From assembly GCF_030684315.1 (NCBI RefSeq), contig NC_081387.1, forward strand, positions 24,856,647-24,920,646: a DNA stretch of 64,000 bases, given 5' to 3'. A program made the translations under genes and the position numbers. This DNA comes from Stegostoma tigrinum. Its lineage: Eukaryota. The notes under the pieces were generated by a model. That model ran no database searches. It saw only the letters and a list, made by a program, of their open reading frames with translations, and was not told the origin of the DNA. Positions 50,918-62,880 of the stretch are shown here, piece after piece. Positions within the stretch are counted from its first letter, which is position 1. Every line of letters starts with the position of its first letter.

Positions 50918-53900
50918 GACGGTAGAGTCTCCCACCCGCCCTCCTCCTCTAACCTAGTTAATAAGGTAAGGTTCATTCTAAACTTACTCTATTGAATATA
51001 AGTTTGTTATTAATTTATTATTATTACTTGAGGTAAGCTTTCTACTTTAGTATTGAGTGGGTGTTCAGATAAGTGGGGTATGGATGCTAGGGCAGTTGCT
51101 TGCTCCTCCTGCAGAATGTGGCAGTTGGGAGATGTGGCACACGTCTCCGCTGGCTACATCTGCGGGAAGTGCACCCAACTCCAGCTCCTTGAAAACCGTG
51201 TTAGGGAAATGGAGCTGGAGCTGGATGAACTACGGATCATTCGGGAGGCAGAGGGGGTAATTGAGAGGAGTTATCGGGAGTTGGTCACTCCTAAGGCTCA
51301 GGACGAGGATAGATGGGTTACAGTTAGGGGGAGGAAAGTTGACAGACACACAGTGCAGAGATCCCCTGTGGGCATTCCCCTCAGCAATAAGTATGCCATT
51401 TTGGATACTGCTGTGGGGGATGACCTACCAGAGGAAAGCCATAGTAGTCAGTTCTCTGGCACTGAGCCTGACACTGTGGCAAAGAAGGGAAGGGGGCAGA
51501 ATAGAAAAGTACTCGTGGTAGGGGACTCGATAGTTAGGGGAATCGACAGGAGATTTTGTGGGAAAGATCGGGATTCCCGGAAGGTATGTTGCCTCCCTGG
51601 TGCCAGGGTCCGGGACGTCTCCGATCGGGTGTATAAGGTTCTAAAAGGGGAGGGCGAACAGCCAGAAATCGTGTTACATATTGGCACAAATGATATAGCC
51701 AGAAATAGGATTGAGGATATAAAAAGTGATTTCAGGGAGTTAGGATGGAAGCTGCAGAGCAGGACGAACAGAGTAGTGTTCTCTGGTTTACTACCGGTGC
51801 CACGAGATAGTGAGGCGAGGAACAGGGAGCGGGCGCAGCTGAACACGTGGCTACGCAGCTGGTGTAGGAGGGAGGGCTTCAGATATGTAGATAATTGGGA
51901 TGCCTTCTGGGGAAGGTGGGACCTGTACAAGAAGGACGGGTTGGATCTGAACTGGAAGGGGACCAATGTCCTGGGTGGAAGGTTTGCTTGAGTAGTTCGA
52001 GAGGGTTTAAACTAGTATGGCAGGGGGGTGGGAACCTGAGCTGTATACCGGAGGTGAGAGTTGATGCAGGTGAGGCAGTAGCAAGAGATAGACCAACTAG
52101 TGGGAAGGATTTTCCTGGGAAGGAACCAAGGGATCGGTTAAAGTGTGTTTGCTTTAATGCAAGGAGTATCAGGAATAAAAGTGATGAACTTAGAGCATGG
52201 ATCAGTACCTGGTGCTATGATGTTGTGGCCATAACAGAGACATGGGTTTCTCATAGGCAGGAATGGTTGCTGGATCTTCCAGGGTTTAGAACATTTATAA
52301 AGAATAGGGAGGGGGGAAAAAGAGGAGGGGGTGTAGCACTACTAATCAGAGAGGGTATCACAGCTACAGAAGCTTCCTTTGTCGAGGAATATCTGCCTAC
52401 TGAGTCAGTATGGGTGGAAATGAGGAAGAGCAAGGGAGTAGTCACCTCGTTAGGGGTTTACTACAGGCCCCCCAATAGCAGCAGGGAGATTGAAGAAAGC
52501 ATAGGTCGACAGATTTTGGAAAAGTGTGCACGCAGTAGGGTTGTTGTAATGGGTGACTTTAACTTTCCTAATATTGATTGGAACCTCCTTCGAGCAGAAG
52601 ATTTGAATGGAGCTGTTTTTGTAAGGTGTGTTCAGGAGGGTTTCCTAACGCAGTACGTTGACAGGCCGACGAGGGGAGAGGCCATTCTAGACTTGGTGCT
52701 TGGAAACGAGCCGGGGCAGGTATCAGATCTTGTGGTGGGAGAGCATTTTGGTGATAGTGACCATAACTGCCTCACATTCTACATAGCTATGGAGAAGGAG
52801 AGGATTAGGCAAAATGGGAGGATATTTAATTGGGGAAGAGGAAACTATGATGCGATTAGACATGAGTTAGGAAGCATGGACTGGGAGCAGTTGTTCCATG
52901 GTAAGGGAACTATAGACATGTGGAGACTGTTTAAGGAACAGTTGTTGGGAGTGATGAGTAAATATGTCCCTCTGAGACAGGCAAGAAGGGGTAAGATTAA
53001 GGAACCTTGGAAGACGAGAGCGGTGGAGCTTCTAGTGAAAAGGAAGAAGGTAGCTTACATAAGGTGGAGGAAGCTAGCGTAATGTTCAGCTAGAGAGGAT
53101 TACATGCAGGCAAGGAAGGAGCTCAAAAATGGTCTGAGGAGAGCCAGGAGGGGGCACGAGAAAGGCTTGGCAGAAGGAATCCGGGAAAACACAAAGGCAT
53201 TTTACACTTACGTGAGGAATAAGAGAATGATCAAAGAAAGAGTAGGGCCGATCAGGGATAGCATAGGGAACTTGTGTGTGGAGCCTGAGGAGGTAGGGGA
53301 AGCCCTAAATGAGTTTTTTGCTTCTGTCTTTACGAAAGAAACGAAGTTTGTAGTGAATGAAACCTTTGAAGAGCAGGTGTGCATGCTGGAATGGATAGAG
53401 ATAGAGGAAGCTGATGTGCTGAAAATTTTGTCAAACATTAAGATTGACAAGTCGCCAGGCCCGGACCAGATTTGTCCTCGGCTGCTTTGGGAAGCGAGAA
53501 ATGCAATTGCTTCGCCACTTGTGAAGATCTTTGCATCCTCGCTCTCCACTGGAGTCGTACCTGAGGACTGGAGAGAGGCAAATGTAATTCCTCTCTTCAA
53601 GAAAGGAAATAGGGAAATCCCCGGCAATTATAGACCGGTAAGTCTCACGTCTGTCGTATGCAAGGTGTTAGAAAGGATTCTGAGGGATAAGATTTATGAC
53701 CATCTGGAAGAGCATGGCTTGATCAAATACAGTCAACACGGCTTTGTGAGGGGTAGGTCATGCCTTACAAACCTTATCGAGTTTTTTGAGGATGTGACTA
53801 GAAAAGTTGATGAGGGTCGAGCTGTGGATGTGGTGTATATGGACTTCAGTAAGGCATTTGATAAGGTTCCCCATGGTAGGCTCATTCAGAAGGTCAGGAG

Positions 53901-54992
53901 GAATGGGATACAGGGGAACTTAGCTGCTTGGATACAGAATTGGCTGGCCAACAGAAGACAGCGAGTGGTAGTAGAAGGAAAATATTCTGCCTGGAAGTCA
54001 GTGGTGAGTGGAGTTCCACAGGGCTCTGTCCTTGGGCCTCTACTGTTTGTAATTTTTATAAATGACTTGGATGAGGGGATTGAAGGATGGGTCAGCAAGT
54101 TTGCAGACGACACAAAGGTCGGAGGTGTCGTTGACAGTGTAGAGGGCTGTTGTAGGCTGCAGCGGGACATTGACAGGATGCAGAGATGGGCTGAGAGGTG
54201 GCAGATGGAGTTCAACCTGGATAAATGCGAGGTGATGCATTTTGGAAGGTCGAATTTGAAAGCTGAGTACAGGATTAAGGATAGGATTCTTGGCAGCGTG
54301 GAGGAACAGAGGGATCTTGGTGTGCAGATACATAGATCCCTTAAAATGGCCACCCAAGTGGACAGGGTTGTTAAGAAAGCATATAGTGTCTTGGCTTTCA
54401 CTAACAGGGGGATTAAGTTTAAGAGTCGTGAGATCTTGTTGCAGCTCTATAAAACTTTGGTTAGACCGCACTTGGAATACTGCGTCCAGTTCTGGGCGCC
54501 CTATTATAGGAAAGATGTGGATGCTTTGGAGAGGGTTCAGAGGAGGTTTACCAGGACGCTGCCTGGACTGGAGGGCTTATCTTATGAAGAGAGGTTGACT
54601 GAGCTCGGTCTCTTTTCATTGGAGAAAAGGAGGAGGAGAGGGGACCTCATTGAGGTATACAAGATAATGAGAGGCATAGATAGAGTTGATAGCCAGAGAC
54701 TATTTCCCAGGGCAGAAATGGCTAGCACGAGGGGTCATAGTTTTAAGCTGGTTGGTGGAAAGTATAGAGGGGATGTCAGAGGCAGGTTCTTTACGCAGAG
54801 AGTTGTGAGAGCATGGAATGCGTTGCCAACAGCAGTTGTGGAAGCAAGGTCATTGGGGTCATTTAAGAGACTGCTGGACATGCATATGGTCACAGAAATT
54901 TGAGGGTGTATACATGAGGATCAATGGTCGGCACAACATTGTGGGCTGAAGGGTCTGTTCTGTGCTGTACTGTTCTATGTTCTATGTTCTAT
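50918..54992 (+). mobile_element. Two-ORF CR1 LINE, duplicate of 38939-43009
   Basis: Same insertion site and GTAAT flanks. ORF1 from ATG ~51079 to a premature TGA at 51989-51991. APE runs to stop 53080-53082. RT 53104-54903. Confidence 0.95.
53104..54903 (+). pseudogene. CR1 ORF2 reverse-transcriptase portion (599 aa)
   Basis: Same motifs; one aa differs from 41128-42927 (GIEG vs GLEG). Confidence 0.9.
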
Positions 54993-55602
54993 GTAATTAT
55001 TTGATTGCTGGGAATGCACTGCCAGGAGATGTTGTAGAAATAGATACAACAGCAACGTTTAAGTGGCATTTAGACATACCATCAAGATGCAGAAAATAGT
55101 CGGATATGGCACAAGCAGAAGGGATTAGTTCAGAATACCACCATTGTCGGAGCTAACATATTGGTCTGAAGAGTCTGTTGCTGTTCTGTGTTATTCTGAG
55201 TTGAATGTTTTAAGAACAGCCAACTCCCTCGAAGTAGCAACAGGAAAGTAACGACACGTATAGGAGGGAGAATAAAAAACCTTTTGATCCCAGATCAGTT
55301 CTTGGTAAAACATAGATAAATGTTCTGTTTACTATCCAGTGTTGCGAAACCACATCAATGGTTTTAAAAGCAGGCCAGCAGGTCACTTGAGGTGTAAGAT
55401 GATGAGATAGAGAGCTGAGTGTAAAAATCACACCAGTCAACATGTAAGCACTATTGAAAAATACAAGGATGTGGTGTATTTAAGAAAGCAAAACCCGTAA
55501 TCCAAATCCCTGAACCACAAGTAGAGACATCCAGCACTCAATGTCTGAGTAAATCACAGGTTTGTGAGAGATTAAAGGGCTATCAAGAAGAAGTATTTAA
55601 AT

Positions 55603-56343
55603 TCTGTGGTTGATTCGCTCTCCGAGCTGGTTTGTTACTTGCAGCCTTTTCATTACCCTGCTGGGAAACATCATCACTAGCCTCCAATGAAGCGCTGTTG
55701 TGTTTTCCCGCTTCTTATTTAAACTCTGGTGTGCCCTGGATTCGGTCACCTCATAGCCAAACAGCTGGGTCCGATGATGTGTGTCACACAAATAACAGGA
55801 AGAAATAACAGACTTGACACATTACCGTTCATCCAGAACATGTCGGAACTGACCATAAGACTCTTGAGGCGACTGTAATATATGTAATATATGGGATTCC
55901 ATGCAATGACTGCAACAAACATCACAGGAAGGAAACTGGCTGCGAGAATACATGAACACCAACTCGCAACAAAAAGAAACGACCAATAGTCACTGATCTC
56001 CACACACACAGGAAGGAGAACCACCAGTTCGATTGGGACAGGATCAGGATCCTCGGGCAAGCCAATCAGAGGCAAGCATGCTTTCCTCCAAGAAGGCCAT
56101 CAATAAACATGTGGGAATTAGACCCCTAACACACACCTATATACTGCAAAGAAAAGCTGGAAATGAGGTAATCTGATGCAACGGACCCAGAGATTGAATA
56201 ACAAGAGGGAGAACACAACCATGCCTCATCGGTGGCTGCACTGATGGTGTTACCCAGCAGGGCAATGAAATGTCAGCAAACTCATGAACTAGCTCAGCGA
56301 GTGAACCAACCATATCAATCACAACCCGAGAAACATATCTCCT
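55603..56343 (+). mobile_element. Duplicate of the PLE remnant in the unit 3 spacer
   Basis: Near-identical to 43620-44360. Confidence 0.75.
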
Positions 56344-58506
56344 CAAGAAACTGAGCTGTTCACTTCGACATGAAAACCATTATGTAAAGGCGTTGTCTTG
56401 AAGGATGCCAGGCAAGCCTGCAGATGATTGACAATTGTTTGGAAGTAAACACTTTCTTTACTTTATATTGCTGTCCTTTTCCAAGAGAACTTTTAAAACT
56501 CCTTAAATTCATCATTTGATGCTTTCATCAACAAAGGATGATGCAGATGTGAGCGCAGCAGAACATGAGAATCATGAACACCACCTTCGTGCTCCATGGA
56601 ATATAATGTCCATGTCAATGGAGTTGGGCAATGAGAATCCAATTGTCAGGTGAGTCTCTTTGCTTGACTTATTTCAAAGGCACCTAGCCTGCTCCATGAT
56701 GCATCAGTCTTGGCCGAGCATAGGACACACCAATAACAAGCTTCCCCCACTCTTTGAACAAATGCTTTCATCAATTTTAATGTGAATTTGACGCAAAAGA
56801 AACGGCCTCCCAGACCTGATCTGTCATCAGGAATGATGTGTGAATTTGATAATATCGCCCACTGTGACTCTGTCAGGCGCTCTTTGAAAGTGTGTCAGGC
56901 TAACTCAGCCAAACACTTGTCCATTACGGAAATGGCTTGGTTTGTGATTTATTTTCCCATTTCTAGAAAGCATCTTGTAGCATATTGCTTTTGAGGAAGG
57001 GATGTTCAGTGAATGGAAATACGCACTCATTAAGCTCAATCTGACCAGCTGGAATGCAGGGCTTTCCATTTCTCAGGAAAGTATGGTCTGGGGTCAATCT
57101 TGAAAAATTCCTTTCAGTCCCAATCGTTGATGCACTTTTTCCCCAATCCAAAATAGACATCACCTCTCACTCCTCTGAAATCCAGTGAAAATAAGTTCAC
57201 CCTGAAAAATCAATCCTTATCAGACAACCCTCCCATTCCAAGTATCGATCTCACAAGTCTCCTTCAGCACATTCACATTTTTCCCTTGGCAGTAGGATCG
57301 AAAATACAGACAGTGTGTCAAGAGAGCACAGTGTCCTTACTTAGATATATAGTGTACCCAATTGATTTTATAATAAAACACATGATTCCAGTCCCATTTC
57401 TGGTGATGTGATTTAGCTGCATAATAGCTTTACGGGATCCTTGCTCGAGAACATCAAGATACACTGGACTTCTGGAGTCATTCCATGTGGTTTCTTTCTG
57501 CCAATCAGAGAAAGGTGAACTAATGCATCTGCTGTGTTTGCTGCCGGCAAGCCAATCTTCTGTACATGTTAATGTTATCCCTACATCATGTGTTTCCATC
57601 CTGCACCATCACCATGATGTGACAACTTGGCAAATGCCACCTGTCTAATCCAGGTACAGTGCATCAGTAACCTGTCCTTTATCCTTCATTACTCCTTCGA
57701 ACATTTCTAATAAACCAACAAAATATGATTTCTCCTGACAAAAATCAAGTTGGTTCTTTTTCACGAGCATTAATTGCAGGTACACAGAGAGAAGGCATTG
57801 TAACAGTGTCCCTCTGAAAGATGTCATGTCAACTCTCCTATGGTTTCCCTTCTTGTACAGAGACAGTACATGAGTTAATTTCAGTATGGTGGAACATTTC
57901 GTGCATCTTTTGAACTTTTAAAAATTCACACCAACAAATGGGCTGCCGCATTAGTCTTGCAGTATGACCCTGTCTTGCTCTGTCTATGTGTTCAGTAATA
58001 CTTCCCGACTGAATATAATTTCATCATATTCCTGCACCCATTCCACCTCTGGATTTAATAAATACCTGCTGATGCCTGCTTTCATTTCCTTATTCTCTGT
58101 GATTAACTGCCCCATCTCACTATCCAGGGGACCAGCACGCAATGTCCTTCCTCCGCTATGTTTGAAGTGGCCTGTAGAAACTGTTGTTTTTTCATGTTGA
58201 GTTAATTTTCTCATTCTGTCTCGTTTTGTCCTCTTGATTAATCTGTTCGTCATTCACTTCTGCTCCTTCGTATTTTTGCCCCAACATCTGATAAGTCACA
58301 CATCCGTGTGCAATTGTATGCTTTTTATAAGCTTGATATTTGTGTACGTTATTTCGTTCACCACTGGGGATGCATCTTCCCCTGACTGAAGGAGAAACCA
58401 TGATTTCCCTGAGAAAGTTCGCGCTGTGCCCACCTGACATCTACACGTCTCCCTCTATCGTTGTTGTCAGTGAAAGTGAGCACAAAGGAGAGACCGGGTG
58501 ATATAT

Positions 58507-58712
58507 TGAAGCCCACTTTTGGTTCAGTGCAGCTTTCCCCGGATTTGGGGGAAACTGCTCTGGTTCCGCGTTGGGTGAAAGTTACACAGAGCGAGTCTCA
58601 ACTTCGATGAGGAGAATGGTCACTTTCCAAACGCTAAAGTTTCTGCCTGGGTATTTCCCACTCCATTGCATCACAGTTACCAGTGATGTGGTTCTGCTCG
58701 TTATAAGGAGCT
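58507..58712 (+). promoter_or_regulatory. Proximal promoter of TNF copy 4
   Basis: TATAA 58702-58706 and the same motifs. Confidence 0.7.
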
Positions 58713-58829
58713 GTTGGTGAGCAGCAGCAGTTACAGAGCAGGCACCTCCAACCGAGTGAGAGAGACAGAGAGGCTGACCGGCTCAGAGTCACCCACTCAC
58801 ACACCGAGCTCCCGCTGCCTTCTGACACC

Positions 58830-61810
58830 ATGAATCCTGAGAACAAATTGCAGGAACTGGAGAATGGGGGGCTGCTTCCCGTCAGGGACGGAGCCTCGAA
58901 CAGAAGCTGCTTCTGGCAGGCCCTCTGTGCGCTCGCTGTGCTCGGCTTGTTGCTGGTTTCGTCCTGTCTCTTCCTGGCTCATTTTGGAGTTCTCCCTTCA
59001 AAGCAGGTGAGTGAGGATCTTGCATTTTGGAGAATAGGGGATCGGGCTCCCGCCTGCCGCTTGCATAGCTCCGCCAGAGGCGGGTGTTTGGAAGCGGTGG
59101 GGCCAAACTGGGAAGTGATTTCAGTCTCAGTTGCTGCTGTCAGCCTGGAGGCAAACAGGAAACTGTGAACCAGGTCGCTACTTTAGCTTTACCAGTCGCA
59201 AACCATTTCCACTCCCCCTCCCATTCTCTTGATGACATGTCCATCATGGGCCTCCTGCACTGCCACAATGATGCCACCCGAAGGTTGCAGGAACAGCAAC
59301 TCATATTCCGCCTGGGAACCCTGCAGCCATATGGTATCAATGTGGACTTCACCAGTTTCAAAATCTCCCCTTCCCCCACTGCATCCCTAAACCAGCCCAG
59401 TTCATCCCCTCCCCCCACTGCACCACACAACCAGCCCAGCTCTTCCCCCCCACCCACTGCATCCCAAACCCAGTCCAACCTGTCTCTGCCTCCCTCACCG
59501 GTTCTCCCTCTCACCCATCCCTTCCTCCCACCCCAAGCCGCACCCCCAGCTACCTACTAACCTCATCCCACCTCCTTGACCTGTCCGTCTTCCCTGGACT
59601 GACCTATCCCCTCCCTACCTCCCCACCTACACCCTCTCCACCTATCTTCTTTACTCTCCATCTTCGGTCCGCCTCCCCCTCTCTCCCTATTTATTCCAGC
59701 TCCGTCCCCCCATCCCCCTCTCTGATGAAGGGTCTAGGCCCGAAACGTCAGCTTTTGTGCTCCTGAGATGCTGCTTGGCCTGCTGTGTTCATCCAGCCTC
59801 ACATTTTATTATCTTCGCTACTTTAGCTGCAGTCTCTCAACAGCGAAGCGAATACCGAGCGATTTTGTCGTCAATCCTGCTAAATCTCCATTGTTAGCTC
59901 AGGGAACTGTTAGAATTGCTCCCTGTTCGATGGTAAACGCCACATAAACGGGATTTCTCAGTCAGTGCTGCCGGTGCTACCATAGGAGAAGCAGGTACTG
60001 GCTGCTGTGAGTCGAGGGCAGTCACCGGTCTGAATGGCCCCATGGTGTGGCTCTGCACAGTCTGGATGGACAATAGTCTGTCTGCACTTTGCAGTCCAAA
60101 GTAGTGACTGTGAAAGGCAGCGTCTCTATGCAAAGTAATTTCTCTGTACAGTACAGTTTCTCAGTAAACACACTGTCTCCCTCCGATACAGTGTCTCCCC
60201 AAAATGTCTTGATCTTGTACAGTGCAGCGAGCTTGTTTACAGATCAGACAGACCATGTACCTGTGGGCCGGGATGTCGAACCACTTCTGTTAGGTGCAGT
60301 GAAAATTCAGTGTATCTCAATATCTTAACATCTGTCCTTGTTGAACTTCTTCAGGATTCAAGACCAAAGCTGGAAGATCCCCATCCAGCCCTGACAACAG
60401 CTGCTCAGGCCAATGGTGTGTACTGTCACTGTCCATATATTATATTGCTTTGCTGATGTGTGTCTCTGTGTCAAACCTTTTCAATATTTCTGTCTTTTCA
60501 TCTCTCATTTCCAGTATTACTGTATGTCACCTCTCTCAATCATGCTCTTTTGCTGTTTATGTGTCGATTTCCCTGAGCCATCGTCAGACTCTTGAGGACC
60601 CTCTCCCAGTTTGGAGTGATATTATACTTGAAATCTTCCCTCTCTTTCTCCCTCCACTGGTGTGTTTTCTCCTGCAGTCGTCTCTCTCATTATCCCATCT
60701 GTGCAGTTGTCTCCTCTTCAGCCCCTCTCTCTCACCCTGTGTCTGTCATTCTGTGCTCTGTGGGTGTCACAACAGTGACTGAGTTTCCATCCTTTCCATT
60801 TCCAGGTTTGCCTCGTCTCATGAAGCAGGTGGGGAGTGTCCCAGGGCCGAGAATCGCTGCTCACCTGACAGGTACGGAAGTGTTCTCAATGTGACTGCAT
60901 TCTCTGGAGAATAGTCTACAGTGGCTGGGGAGGTGTAGGGGAGGACTGGAAAGACATCTACTTTCTCTATCAGTAATGCCATGTGGAGAGAGCACCACAG
61001 GAGAAGAGCAAGAGGTTATTGGGATCTGGGAAAAGAGAAAGGAGATTGGTGTGAGCTGGTTCAGCTGAACCCTGAGATAGAACAGACACAAAGGTTAAAA
61101 TCTTTCTGTGGTTGGCCTCTCTGTGTGTGTCAGAGTGAAAATTGCCCTCAGGGTAATAATTAAGTTGCAGTCCATCCAGTTTCTCTGAGATTGTAAGCTG
61201 TGGGACCTTGCTGTGCACAGATTGTTTGCTGCATTTCCTGCAATTGCATAGTCTTTCCATCAAAAACACATCATTGGTTGTATCGTGCTTTGTCATATCC
61301 CCAAGCCATGATTAGGGCTGTGTTAATACAAGCTGTATCTTTGTCTTTGTTCGATCCTCATGATTGCTTCTTTCTCTCCCTTCACCCTCCACCACAGCTT
61401 CAGCAAGAAATGAAAAAGGGGAAGTAATTTGGCAGAATGAGAGTGACTCCACCTTCACCGAGGGAGTGGAGTTCAGGGACAACCATCTGATCATCAAGAG
61501 GCCGGGACAGTACTTTGTCTACACTCAGGTGGTCTTCCACAGCATGGGCTGTGAGCAACAGGCCATTTACCTCAGCCATGAGCTCGCCAAGCAGTCGGCA
61601 AGTTATCCTGAGGAAGCCGTCCTACTGAAAGCCACCAAATCTGCCTGCCACTCTCACCAACGTAGGGAGCCCTGGTACAAAACCTCCTACCAGGGAGCCA
61701 TCTTTGAGTTTCTGGAGGGAGATGAGATCTTCTCCAGGGTTAATGAGGATGCAACGGGATTTGTAGACGCAGCCGAAGGAAAGACTTTCTTTGGAATATT
61801 TGCTGTGTAA
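58830..61810 (+). CDS. tnf: TNF-alpha-like cytokine, copy 4; exons 58830-59006, 60355-60415, 60806-60871, 61398-61810; 238 aa
   Basis: Splice sites and frame intact. Carries N24, P30Q and R131H relative to copy 2. Intron 1 is 640 bp longer because of a PLE insertion. Confidence 0.88.
59189..59814 (+). mobile_element. 5'-truncated Penelope-like element in intron 1 of TNF copy 4
   Basis: Encodes a GIY-YIG C-terminus (PVANHFHSPSH...EQQLIFRLGTLQPYGIN). C-rich ~39-nt repeats, then a pLTR tail with hammerhead core. TSD TCGCTACTTTAGCT at 59175-59188 and 59815-59828. The site is empty in copies 1-3. Confidence 0.9.
59718..59752 (+). ncRNA. Minimal type I hammerhead ribozyme motif (PLE-associated)
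   Basis: CTGATGA 59722-28, extra A, helix II GGGTCTAGGCCC, GAAA 59742-45, palindromic ACGT helix III, GTC cleavage triplet ending 59749. Helix I is only ~2 bp by eye. Confidence 0.65.
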
Positions 61811-62880
61811 CAATGCCATGTCATTTCCATTGATTATCAATGACTGGTCAAGAATTTCAAATTGAAATCTGCAAACTGACAAAGACACAATGTCTTTTTT
61901 AAACAGTGTTATACAGAAATTGCGCTTTGAGTCTGCTGATTCTCAATTTTGCGAATGCAAAATGTGACAGATTATTTAATTTATTTGATATTTGAATAGT
62001 GTTGTCTTTTGTTTGTTTTATTTATATTAGTACTCCTCATGGAGAGTTATTGAACCATCCCTGGTGGAAGAGAACTAGGATACCGAGTCTGATATTCAGA
62101 CTGATTATTCCTCTTGGACCAGGTACTGGTCCTTGAAGAATATTGACTGTTCCTCACGCACAATTTCTATTCTATTCAACCTTTGATATCATTTTGAAAA
62201 CAAAGCACGATGATTGAGTTAACTGCAGGGTGATGAAGGCCAAATCAAGTGCCCAGAAATGCACTGGCTTTCTAACTCCACGATATGATTGGCCAAGTCT
62301 TCATCGCACTTAACCTGTTTAGCAAGTGTATGGTCAGCAATGTAATTGAAATGGTGAAATAATATTCAGCAAACACTAAGAATGTGGCTCAATAATTGTT
62401 CCTTATTCACAATCTGAAGTGACCAGTTGGTTTACATCTGCTTGGTTGCAGTGGATGTCGGAGTGGCATATTTGCTGCTCTGACCAAAGGGTAATGGTTG
62501 AGATTGTTCCTGAATGGAAATACCATGTTCCCTTAGTGTGTTGATGTCTCCAGTGGCCATCCTTCAGACTGGGTAATAAACAGTGATCCTGGTGATAAAC
62601 CTGATTGGCTCTGCAGACGGAAAGATTTTTCATCCACAATGTTGGACCACAGAAATTTAATTGCAGTTCTTTGAACAAACTCAATGTTTCATGTAAAACT
62701 GTAACATCTGTTATATAGGTGACTTTCCGTGGCAATAATATTGTCAAGTTTAAGAGGTTCCAGATTGTTAAGTTATTATTTAATTGTATTTATCGATAGG
62801 TGTATTTATATTATTTATGTTAATATTTAAGTCTGCAAAGATAAAGCAGGATTAATAAAACTAATTTAAGAGCAAGAACT
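61811..62880 (+). promoter_or_regulatory. 3'UTR of copy 4 with AREs and poly(A) signal
   Basis: ATTTA cluster ~62770-62830; AATAAA 62854-62859. Confidence 0.7.

Noticed and set aside
59084-59560. 158-aa ORF in copy 4
   Set aside because: Chance fusion of intron 1 sequence to the PLE endonuclease tail; not a gene.
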